This document shows, piece by piece, positions 53,650-64,000 of a stretch of 64,000 bases of DNA. The notes under the pieces were generated by a model. The model worked only from the letters and a program-made list of their open reading frames with translations. It had not been told where the DNA came from and did not search any database. Position numbers and translations under genes: made by a program. This DNA comes from Haliotis cracherodii (Eukaryota), in contig NW_027266286.1 of the NCBI RefSeq assembly GCF_022045235.1, positions 28,830,001 through 28,894,000 of the forward strand, written 5' to 3'. Each line of letters begins with the position of its first letter. The stretch's first letter is position 1.

Positions 53650-54428
53650 ACGTTTAATCCGATATTTAATTACTTTTATCTGGGTTTGGACGAATATAGT
53701 CTTCCCTTGTTTAACTTTCTTTGCAGCAAACTTTCCAACAGCAAGAATTTTCTTTAAATTGACGCATCAACATTTTCATTTTCTTCAAATAGCCGGTGCC
53801 CCAAATCTCTGCACCATATACCAGAATTGATAATATATTTGTTTCAAAATGTGTTACTGGCTGTTGAAAGTGTAACATACTTGGGTTTTTTAATTAGTCC
53901 ATAGATTGGGAGTAGTGCTTTCTTGGCCTGAGCAGCAAGCGTTTTGCAGGCCATTGACTAATTTAACCGTTAGGGAAACATTAAACCTAAATATTTATAA
54001 TAGGAAGCAACTCTCATATTTGCATTACGAAACGACGATTTTCCTTTTGCGCAACTTTAACACCATTTCTAAATACAACTTTTTTTACTTGTTTAGGATA
54101 AGCTCTAGCCCCCAAGTGTCACAAAACTGCTGTAGAGCGTTCAGTTGCTTGTGTAGACCATTCACTGTATAAGACAGCACAACTATATCAGTAAAAGTAG
54201 ATAATTAATTTCTTGAGTTACAATCATCCCATTACTGCATTTCTCATAAATAGCATCACTAAGTTCATTCATAAAGAAAATGAAATGTAGGGGACTCAGG
54301 ATGCAGCCCTGTCGCACACCTGATGTGGTCTTAAACGTCTCTGTCGCGCCAGAGTTAGTTTTCACGCAGCCACTGACTCATACATGCTCTGTAAAATTAA
54401 ATACATTCTTCCATGACATCCTCAGTAT
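53650..54428 (-). mobile_element. Decayed non-LTR retrotransposon reverse transcriptase fragment (L2/CR1-group-like)
   Basis: Minus strand: ILQSMYES..VKTNSGATETFKTTSGVRQGCILSPLHFIFFMNEL...GLHKQLNALQQFCDTWGL...YKYLG...LAAQAKKAL...YGAEIWG, with stops and frameshifts. The (F/Y)ADD motif is disrupted. Confidence 0.88.
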
Positions 54429-54586
54429 AGGAACATTCACTCATTGAATGAGTGAATTACATCTTACCCAAGTTTGCATAGGACTATATAGTAATTGCAT
54501 TGTACGTTTAGGTTTGGATGCGTGCGTACGTACATATCATAACTGTAAGGACACAAGGGGTGCGTTTGCGATGGAGCCAATTTAGC

Positions 54587-54775
54587 ACTCGGCAAGTGTA
54601 CATGTAAACAAACAAGCAAGCAATATTTATTTCTCAAGAACATTTATTCCGTTTCGGTATATGTTTATGTGCCTGATTTTAATGAGATGAACTGTTAACA
54701 TATTCCGAAACTGAATAAATGTTCTTGACAAATAAACATTGTTTGTTTGTTTGTTTGTTGGTACACTTGCCGAGT
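54587..54775. repeat. Long imperfect inverted repeat (foldback/MITE-like)
   Basis: ACTCGGCAAGTGTAC..AAACAAACAA..TCAAGAACATTTATTC.GTTTCGG pairs with CCGAAAC.GAATAAATGTTCTTGA..TTGTTTGTTT..GTACACTTGCCGAGT; arms ~80 bp. Confidence 0.8.
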
Positions 54776-54926
54776 CCAAGGTCAAGGATATATGGAAGGA
54801 CAACTCTTGTCACAGCTCTGAAGCAGACGTCATCGGTACTAGAGTTCCCCCACAATGCACCGGTGATTATATTCCCTACACCTAGCACGACAGTGCCGAA
54901 GGTAATGTTCAAAGACTGTCCACTAG

Positions 54927-55125
54927 TGAGTTTGTCGGGGTTACTTTTCTTTCAGGCCGCACTCAGCAATGTTCCGGCTATATGACTAGACAATCAAGTG
55001 ACACCATGAGCATCGATCTGCGGAGTTTAGATACGATGTCGTGCATCAACCAGGTCACCGACCCTGACCACCTGATCCCGTTAGCAGCATGGGTTGCTGA
55101 AGACCGAATCTAACCTAGATCTTGG
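54927..55125 (-). mobile_element. Degraded SINE fragment
   Basis: GCCGCACTCAGCAAT...CATGAGCATCGATCTGCG...CTGACCACCTGATCCCGTTAG...GCATGGGTTGCTGAAGACC matches the array SINE. Confidence 0.75.
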
Positions 55126-55574
55126 AATATTGCTAAAAGCGTCGTAAAGTCCAACTCACTCATTTCGTGCCATATAATCAATACAAATACAAAACCGACG
55201 CAAAATTTAGAGGATTTTGTGCATTCTTGTGGCACTTGTGTGTTGTCACTGTGATAACAAAAGTGCAACAATGCATTAATGCGGGCTACCTGAGCAGGAA
55301 GTTACTCAGATGGTGACAGGTAACACTGCAACACATAGCTTACCAGTTTACGATGCTGTGTCAATATGGCTGTTATCGAGATAAAGTTTGTCATTGAAAC
55401 GTTTAATTCGTTGTTCAAAGTGATCAAAATATTCATTGAGCAAACATTTAATTATTTTAGTGGGAAATAATTTGAGATTTGACTTTTCCTTCCTTATTTA
55501 TATATAAAAGTTTGCAGAATATAATGAACACCACTCAATATTTCATTTACTATTTCTCATACTCTTAATTAACA

Positions 55575-55850
55575 AGGGGTACGGGTGACCCGGTCGTCTA
55601 TAAGGCGCCGCAATTCGCTGTGCAGAGTTACGTCCCTTTGGCACGCCTGAAACCTATAGTCGTGGGTTCCAATCCCGGTTCGCCTCGATTATGTTTCTAG
55701 GGTTGTCAGCACCAAACCCGTGGTTTTGGGTTTTACCAATATGCAAATGTCTGAGATCTGCATCACCTCGGACCTTCCTCCTTCATTAGGCTGACACGTC
55801 GTGTGTAATTAGAATACAGTTCAAAGCGGTGTTAAACCCAGTTCACACAC
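55575..55850 (+). mobile_element. tRNA-derived SINE-like element of a second family
   Basis: B-box-like GGTTCCAATCCC and tail GTTCAAAGCGGTGTTAAACCCAG. A diverged relative sits at ~60230-60425. Confidence 0.55.
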
Positions 55851-55857
55851 TTAATTG

Positions 55858-56005
55858 TCCCGTGAAGATACGGATAAGAGGCGACTCTGCATGCGCATGA
55901 GGCTACTAATGGGATGGGGTCATCAGGCTCGCTGACTTGTCATCGTTTGTCATCGTATCCCAATTGCGTAGATCGATGCTCATGATGTAATCACTGGATT
56001 GTCAA
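55858..56005 (+). mobile_element. Degraded SINE fragment
   Basis: CCCGTGAAGAT...CAGGCTCGCTGACTTG...TCATCGTATCCCAATTGCGTAGATCGATGCTCATG...CACTGGATTGTC. Confidence 0.7.
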
Positions 56006-56975
56006 GTGGTTTGCCAAAAACATACCTATGTTCATAGAATTCACCAACCTAGTAAATGTGTAAAGCTTGACTTTCCTCACACATAAAGCCGACATACTGT
56101 TTTACAGGGGTGTCAAACACAAGTCAACTCACTCACTCAAAACCAAGTAGAAAATACATTTTACGCATAACAATATCACGTCCAAACATTAACGCCAGCT
56201 AGGTAAAATATTAACTCTGTTATATACATGTATATAAAATATATTTCAATTTTCGATAGATATGTTTTTAATTTTTAATTTACATAGTGTATGCTTTATG
56301 TTATAGCATTTGACCAAAAATAAATCAGAGGAACGAGAAACTTATTTGTTATGGTATTGTGCGGGTTTCTTCGACACCATAATAAACATGATATGTGAAA
56401 TTGTAGATGGTTTACATGAATCCATACCTTCGATTTCCTAAAAACAATATTTCGCACTTATTCACTTGAATATTCGCCCATTTCGCTGCAATGTTTATTA
56501 TAAGAAATTGTGTCAAATGAACATGATTAATATTTACGTTACTACTGTATACATAGAAGTTAATATTTTGGATGAATTTATTATTTTTCCGTTTTGTGTA
56601 TTCATTTAAACAAATTCACTCATGACATAGAGGAATGTTTCATTCTGATTGGTCAAATTTAGGTATCATATGTCCATTTGATACCTCTAAAATAAAGCCT
56701 ATGCAGAATTCACATAATGGTACAAATATGCATTAAAGATATGACATAAATATCATAATTGTAACCGATATATGTGTATTTCACTCTTGATTCAGAAGAT
56801 ACTTTTAATTGAAAGCATATACTCTGTGTCACACATTCCTGACCAATATGCCACGTGTTCGAATTGTGACTGACACTCAAAATCGTTAATGCATGATGTA
56901 TTTTCCGAAACAGAAATGCGTCAATTTTTATTTTGGTCCCGATGAGTGAGATGAACATAAGTAAAGAACGACAAC

Positions 56976-57150
56976 TCTCGCGGAAGTTATTACAGTGTAT
57001 GCGCATGCGCTTGCGCCATTTTCATAGGATGATCAGGAAAATAATGTTTTGTGATAGAATTTTTCGATCCAGATTCAAACGAGTTACAAGACGAATGATT
57101 TAGTTACATTATATATGGAGGAAGAATATTATTTAATCAACTGTGCCAAG
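56976..57150 (+). promoter_or_regulatory. Candidate TAB2/3 promoter and non-coding first exon
   Basis: Clustered housekeeping-promoter motifs: TCTCGCG 56976, ETS CGGAAGT 56981-56987, NRF1 TGCGCATGCGC 57000-57010, YY1 CGCCATTTT 57014-57022. Donor AAG|GTAGGT at 57150. Confidence 0.55.
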
Positions 57151-58071
57151 GTAGGTGAAAATTGCAAAAGTGATTATTGTGTAAACGTCAACAAAGTGAC
57201 GACAGGCGAGACACCGTTCCTCCGTGGGGCAAGTGCCTGCCAAATATTTGCAAAACAAATTTCACTGTGCTTCAAGAAGTACGTTAATGACATTTCTGAC
57301 AGTAGTCGTAATAGGTCCTGCATGTGCTCGTCTAACACGAATACAGTAAAACGATTCAATGTATGTGATAGCACCGATATGCGGCTACTGTTATATATGC
57401 TATGACCTATATGATCAAAAGTAAACAGCTAATCTTACCCAATGTCCGATCAGACGGGAAATTATGACATCTTGTGTTTTCCGAATGTGGCATACATAGA
57501 CACTTATCAGAAACACTTTTCAAATAGTCAGAGTAATGCAAAGGAAGTTTTGACAGTTAACCTTTTCTTTGATGAGAGGTAGAGACACACCTTGTCGATC
57601 GGGAAGTCAACTGGTCATACATCTTTAGATTTGGGATCCATTTAAATTTTAACAACCATCCTAAATGATCGTACGGGTTGTTTAGATGTTTGAAGTCATG
57701 AGCCAATTTGATTTTCACATGCATAGAATGGAATTTACTTATATGAAATGTGAGAATTATTGAAACAGAAAAAGGTGAATTGATGATTTGGGTCGAATCA
57801 TAAGAATGAGGTCTAAGTTACAATATTGACACACCTTACAATGTAAAATACATGCTAATATTTCTATTCCTTCAGGATGTGCTGGAGGATAACAAGTGTA
57901 CAAACAACTGTTAACTTTGGTTGATAATTTAAGTACAAATTATGTTTATAAGTCAATACTTACAAATAACATTGATATAGGTTTTACATCAATACATGTT
58001 TTAGGGTCACATTCAAATACTAAATGTCTGTATCAGTAAAGGAACTTTATTTTAGTTATTGCAGAAATAAA

Positions 58072-58158
58072 ATGGCAGCAATACAAGTCATCTTTCATGA
58101 ATTAAAAGCACTGTATCCAGAAGTACCCGATGAGGTTGTCAACACAATAATGCAACAG
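58072..58158 (+). CDS. TAB2: TAK1-binding protein TAB2/TAB3 orthologue, first coding exon (N-terminal half of CUE domain)
   Basis: TTGCAG|AAATAAAATG start. MAAIQVIFHELKALYPEVPDEVVNTIMQQ resembles the TAB2 CUE N-half ([24 protein letters not shown], recalled from memory). Phase-0 donor CAG|GTGAGT. Confidence 0.85.
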
Positions 58159-60229
58159 GTGAGTAAACTTAGGGGTGTGATTGTTATTTTGATTGAATTA
58201 ACACTGATGATTGATCACTTATTGTTGATTGGGCATGTTTATTCTGTTAATTTGCAATCTGTATTGATTTGTCAACTGTTTCGTGACAACTGAGATGACG
58301 TTTGCTAACTTATCATAGTTGGATCTTGAAATTAAAACAGGACAGAATAATAAGCCATTCATTGTCTCCAGAGCCATCAGTGTTGGCCATATGTTGGTGT
58401 ATTGATGAAAATCAGATTGACTTCATGACAGTTGTAAATATTTGATAAAGATACATCAGTAAACATAAGGATTTTACGTGAGTTCGTATTCTTTACTCAC
58501 CAATTCACAATGAATTTATCTAATTTTACCTTTGTCTTTACTGTTGGACAAAATTAACCTTCTTAAGTTGTCTTTTTATATTATTTGATCTAATGGCTAT
58601 GTTATTGACATGTTAATTCCTTAGCGGTAAAATGCAGTACAGATACGCGTTCATTTGTTGTGTTGTCATTCGATTGGATTAGTGTGAAGAGTTTTTCTCA
58701 GTGAACATAGTGAATTTACAAGATGAAAGGTTGCAGTTGTAACAATAGCCTGTAGCAGTGCCACAAAATTTATGCATATATAGAATAGTCATCAATTAAT
58801 TAGTTTTCAGATATGATTCTAAATGCTTGTATAAAATAGTTGAGTAATTGGATGGCAAAAATATGACAAGATGACATGTAGAAAAGCGCTTCCTGATACT
58901 GAAGGTATTCTGAAATTGCTTTTGGACAGTGCTCCTCTGATTGGGATAATTACAGATTTGCAACTTGTGGTGTTTGACATTGATTCGGGTACTCTTAGCA
59001 AGCAAGTTTGGTTTTAATTCATTGCTTATTCAATAATGTTCAAGCAACGTGAATTTGGTGATATGGATATTGATTTTTCCAGTCTCTGAGAGATTTATTC
59101 TTTTACAACTTTTATAGATTTTTTTAGGGTCCAGGGTTTTACACGATGCAGAAATGTGTGTCCGCTACTCACAAATGTATAGAAGGGATGCAGAAAAATA
59201 AATATTTGCACCCTGAGGGACGCAGAATATTATTCATTGTACCAAATTCTTGACAAGGTATATAAAGTTCCTGTAATTAAAGTAATTATTAAATATTACA
59301 CTTAGTTAGTTACAGTACACTTCATCATTTCTTTACTTTACATGACTCACATATTTCCTGTAAGGACCCTTGAAATTAGTATTTGGGGGTCATTTGGACC
59401 CCTAGTTTTGTCAAGGTAAAGCTCTGAGATCTGGCATAAAAATAATTGACCTGTTGTTTGTTTTGGTGACAAAACTTATCACGTTTAGCAGATAATTATG
59501 ATTAGAAATGGAAGATTGCTTGACCTTGTTGTATTGACGTCCAAGTGAGTGTCCAAGTGAGAAATCAGTGAGAAATGTACTTACAATTAAATAATGCCAA
59601 CATTTTCCCAAAGGCAGTCTTTCTTTTTTGTTTTGGTCAGTGTAAACCTAAAACTTCAAAAGGTATTGCCTAAAAGGTTGAGAATTTGTTGGTGAGTCCC
59701 TAGATTTAGTACGGTCAGCAAATCTCAAGCATGTCCAAGTAATCTTCACCTCACTCACTGATATACTCCTATGCTCACTGACACTGCTGCATTCAACGTA
59801 TGTATTGCAGGGGAACTAACTCTTTTTTGTCAGCACCCTACTAATGATCTTATATAGAAAAAGTACAAAACGTAAGAAATAACATCTGAACATGCATGAA
59901 GCATACACAGTACAATATGCCGTGGGCTATAAGTTAAGTGCTTACTACAGTAACGCCATTAAAGTGGGCTCACATGTTTTAACACCTAATGTCATTTTAA
60001 GAAGAGTCTGGTCCATATTCTGTTAATTAATGTCAAGATTAAAGTAAAAATGATAATCATACATTAAAATATTTAATGTGAGTGTGAATATTCCGGTAAT
60101 TATGAACTATTCTGGTTGTTTGAAGTTGGCTAAAAAAGTAATTGTTGGTTTCTGTCCTCACCACCCTGAATGATTTTATCTAATTTTCTTACAAAACGAA
60201 ATACTGATTTTCTTCATCTGTATGCATGC

Positions 60230-60425
60230 AGAAACCTATGATAGTGGGTTTTGAATCCCATATTTGCCCTGATTGTCTCTAGGTTTGTCAGCCCCAGGCC
60301 CATGCTTGTTGGTTTATCCAAAGCAGTAAGAGTCTGAGAATGCACTGCAGGCTTTCCTGACGCATGAAGCCGATATGCTGCAATATAACCAAACCACTGT
60401 TCATAGTGGCTTTAAAACAAATCAC
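60230..60425 (+). mobile_element. SINE-like remnant in TAB2 intron
   Basis: GAAACCTAT..GTGGGTTTTGAATCCC..TCTAGGTTTGTCAGC..GTCTGAGA..TGCA..GTTCATAGTGGCTTTAAAAC is collinear with 55650-55845. Confidence 0.5.
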
Positions 60426-62296
60426 ATAGGGACCAGGACATATGAGGCAGGCAGAGATAAAAATCTAATTGAATATTTTGTTTTTATATTTGTACCAAAG
60501 TTTTCCGCATTTAACCATGTTAACAGTAACCAAATGCGTGTTTTTGTCTGTGGTCTCATTTTATTTACCTTTGTATTTGTACCTTGTTTATTTTCAGTCT
60601 TTTACCTATTTTGTTTCTTGTCTTTTTTTTTGTTAGTTAGTATTATCATAGTTATAGTTGTCCTGGCATGGTAGTTTGTAGTAGTAGTAGCTAGATTGTG
60701 CTGACATTCACAAGCATCATAATGCACACACATTTATTTTCATCACGTGTGAAACATTTTCTTAGGCTGCAGTTATGCATGAACAGTGATGAACAACTCC
60801 ACTCACAATTTCAACTATTAGTATAGGATTTCATAAAGTCTTGTCATTTATCTTTTCATAACACTTCCATCATGAAATCCCCCACCACCTAACCAATTCC
60901 TCGATCACTGCTGATGCCCTGTGACAAATCCTTGCTATCACACAAGACACCTTCCTGGCCTGTGTTTTGTTCTTTTTATCTGATTGATTTGATTTTGTCA
61001 TTCATCTGTGTCCTAATCTTTTGAAACACACTGTTTGTAGAATAAAACATAGTTAGAACTCCTATCTGTGTTCTTGCAGTTTTGAGTTTCACGTGTATGT
61101 TATCTGAATGAACTCTTCTATATGTGCATCCTGAATCAGTCATCATGTTGTTTACAGTTTCTATGTGTTTCTTCAGGGCTTATTTTGTCTTAATAACATT
61201 TCTGAAGGCTTTGTTTTAATTAGATTAAGAGATAGAAAAATCTTGAAAATATTGTCTAAAATTGGTTTAATATATGCTTGTCACTTAATTGTCTTGTTTC
61301 AAGAGGATAGTTCCAAGGTTAGAGGAACTGCTGGGATTTAATGTATAAGGGGATTTGCAAGTGTGTACCCCAGTCTTTCAGGGTATTATGTATACTTGTG
61401 TCTTCTTGTACTCTGAATATCTTACGGACATTTGTTGTGTAAACATGATTCATATCTCATCTAATTCCACAGTGGGTACATGGTTTAAACATTGTTAAAA
61501 GTTGTTTTCTGCTCTATGGTTCATAGACTCAGAACATCTTTTGACCTTGCCAAAAACGTTTCAATCCAATGGTCAGCCATTGTCACGTTTTTCTAGATAC
61601 ATTATTAATCATGTTAATGTTAAATTATACACGATATATTGAGTTTTATTAGCTTAGCTTACTGGACCAAAGTAAACTTTGCCAGACCCGGATGTGAGAC
61701 TAGTGGCAAGGGTCACAAGCTGTCTCATTATCATGATTGTGTTACATCAACATAGTTTCTGTAAGGCACATGTTTCGGTCAATAAATTAATTGTTCATTA
61801 TTATAAAAAATTCTAAACTTTTTTTAGTTGATATTGGGGTATTATGATAACTAACAAGTCATCAGACTTATTTCGTGTTATTATGGAATTAACTGGTACT
61901 GAGAACTAGCTGCAAACATATGAACCATTGTTGTCTTCCGATGAAGTAACACCCATATAATCTAGAGATTGTTCACAAACAAGTTTTTATGTTTGCAAAG
62001 TCTGATATTTCTGTTTAACTTTAAGGTTGCAATATTTGCAGAAAAATTTATTCACAGCACCGTTTGTGTGGTTATTTTTTGATGGGTCCATTTTAATCTG
62101 CACTCTCCGGGCCTCTAGACCTATCCAGGGTGTCATTTAGTGGTGAATCATGTTTACAGGACAATAGGCTGTCATTCATGGTATATTGAGGACACGCAGC
62201 GTATGCACTATCTTAAAGGATTGAGGCTGTGTGGTAAGGACCATTTTCTCTTTCTTGCTGTCAGTTGTAGGATAAGAGTCCTGTGTTATTTTGCAG

Positions 62297-63707
62297 AATG
62301 GCAACGATAAAGAAAAGTGTCTGCAAGCCCTACAGTCATACAGTGATAGTTATTTGTTTGGAGGTCGAGGACCGAATGACCAGGTTTCTCGTAGACCGCA
62401 AGAAGTGCATATCACACACGAAGAGACTACAATCCCTGGACCCAGTCAACACAGATTCATTTCTCGGAATCGGGACACAGGGGCAGACATTCACACAAGT
62501 ATATCATGGCCAAGTGACCTTACGAACAGTGTAAATATGGAACATGGGAGACAATCCCCTATTACTGCACCGGTATTGCCCCAAGACTTTGCCCCTTTCG
62601 TTCAGCAAAATGCGTCCCAATCCACCCGACAAATCCCTAATATCAATTGTACAACGTATGGAGGAACAGACAGTTCAGGTACTGCTTCCCCTCAGTCAAC
62701 GGGGAGTCCGTCAGAAGGGCGGCGTGCTGTGAGAGTGTATCATTACCCTTCTCGGTCCCCAACAACGCCCCCTGTCAGTTCCAATATCTCCCCCAACCCC
62801 AACCAACAACAGTATGTGTATAGGATTCAATTCGGTAAGGACAGTGGGGGGATGTGTACTGTTGCACCCCAGTCCTCTTCTATGCAGAATCTGCAATCTT
62901 TACCCACTGCTGTGAATCAACAAGGACAATATTCGCCTGAAGCAGGACCTCAATCCTATGCAGGCTCTACAGCACATGTATCTAATCAATACACACATTC
63001 TTCACAAGCTACAATCTTTATTAATAAGAACAATAATAACGGACAAATTAGCCCTGAAAGGCCTGGAAATAGGACTAACAATTACTCCGCCTTCTCGCGT
63101 GATCCGAGATTGGGTGTGCAGGTGCCCATGAATGCTACAGGGCCAACGTCCCCAGTGCCAGGATATGGGGGAGTTCATCAGATTCCACCAGGATATAACA
63201 AACCTTTATCTGTGACAATTCGAGCATCTGGACCAGAAGGGGCTGAAACAAAAGTGCGATATTTCCCATCAACACCTGAGCGCTCAGGGCCAGGATACCA
63301 GTTGTCCGGGGCTCACTCCCCAACCCGATATGGAGTAAGTGCTCATCCCTCCAACCACCTCCCAGGCCAGTATGCGACAGCTTCTCAGTCTCCTTTCCAT
63401 GTACAACAGGCGCCAAACCAAATATCTGTTGTCAACACAACTTCTTCAGCTTTCATAACCCCTACGCTACCACGCTTTCCTTCACCTAGTATAGCACAAC
63501 CGGTCATTCCACTGCTGGGAGCTCAGGCTAGTAGTGAACATGGTAACCTTATATTGCAGGAGACAGACACAGGGCATCATATGCCCAACTACCCTACTAT
63601 GTCACCTGCTTCTAGTCAAAGCAGCTTGAGTGATGAATCTTCTCGAAGTGATTACAACCATCGACAGAGGTCAGGAAGTCTTCAGGATGAGGTGGAATAC
63701 ACACAGG
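62297..63707 (+). CDS. TAB2: TAB2/TAB3 orthologue, large second coding exon (CUE C-half, Pro/Ser/Gln-rich region, start of coiled coil)
   Basis: Acceptor TTTTGCAG|. NGNDKEKCLQALQSYSDSYLFG completes the CUE domain. The exon ends DEVEYTQ+G|GTAAGG, matching the YTQALL that precedes the TAB2/3 coiled coil. Coiled-coil and NZF exons lie outside the window. Confidence 0.87.
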
Positions 63708-64000
63708 GTAAGGGATAGGATGTCTCGCTATGCCTCCACATGTATTGGCAAGCCTCAGGTTTTAATCTTTTAGCTATTCATGTTATATATTGGGTACAGA
63801 GACACTCGGGTGAGATTCTCCGTGTAGACTTTTTACATTTCACATCAGTCCTTTATTTCATGATCGAACTACAACTATAATTGCATCAAAATCTTTTGAC
63901 AACTATAATTGTTTAAAAAACTGAACTGTTTCTAAAAAACTTGATTTATGCCCGAAACAACCTGCATTGATGTTTTGATTAGATTAAACATTAATCTCAA

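Noticed and set aside
54679-54985. ORFs 54679..54912(-) and 54719..54985(+), the latter with a GTGAGT donor
   Set aside because: They overlap the foldback and a SINE tail that supplies the GTGAGT, and show no recognisable homology.
60375-60674. Hydrophobic 99-aa ORF resembling a membrane protein
   Set aside because: It is T-rich low-complexity intron sequence of TAB2 that starts inside a SINE remnant.

Overview
Eukaryotic (intron-containing, SINE-rich) DNA. The SINE family and its (GAGT)n/(AAAC)n tails resemble what I recall from abalone (Haliotis); the taxon is an inference. Bases 1-~51175 are a head-to-tail array of seven 6.6-8.7 kb units, with the first truncated by the window edge. Each complete unit has a candidate CRE-CRE-DR1 promoter, a spliced 4-coding-exon gene for an unrecognised ~327-aa Ser-rich protein with a basic C-terminus, a 30-bp VNTR starting at the stop codon, a 42-bp palindromic VNTR and a small MITE. 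Units 1-6 are followed by an antisense Tc1 transposase remnant fused to a SINE. The ORF track shows the gene only as fragments; I rebuilt it from splice sites conserved in all copies. Five complete copies are intact, copy 1 is intact where visible, and copy 4 has a nonsense codon. A second reading frame also stays open through exons 2-4 into the VNTR. The array ends next to an inverted copy of the SINE-Tc1 junction. After ~5 kb of TE remnants come the promoter and first two coding exons of a TAB2/TAB3 orthologue, which continues beyond the window.
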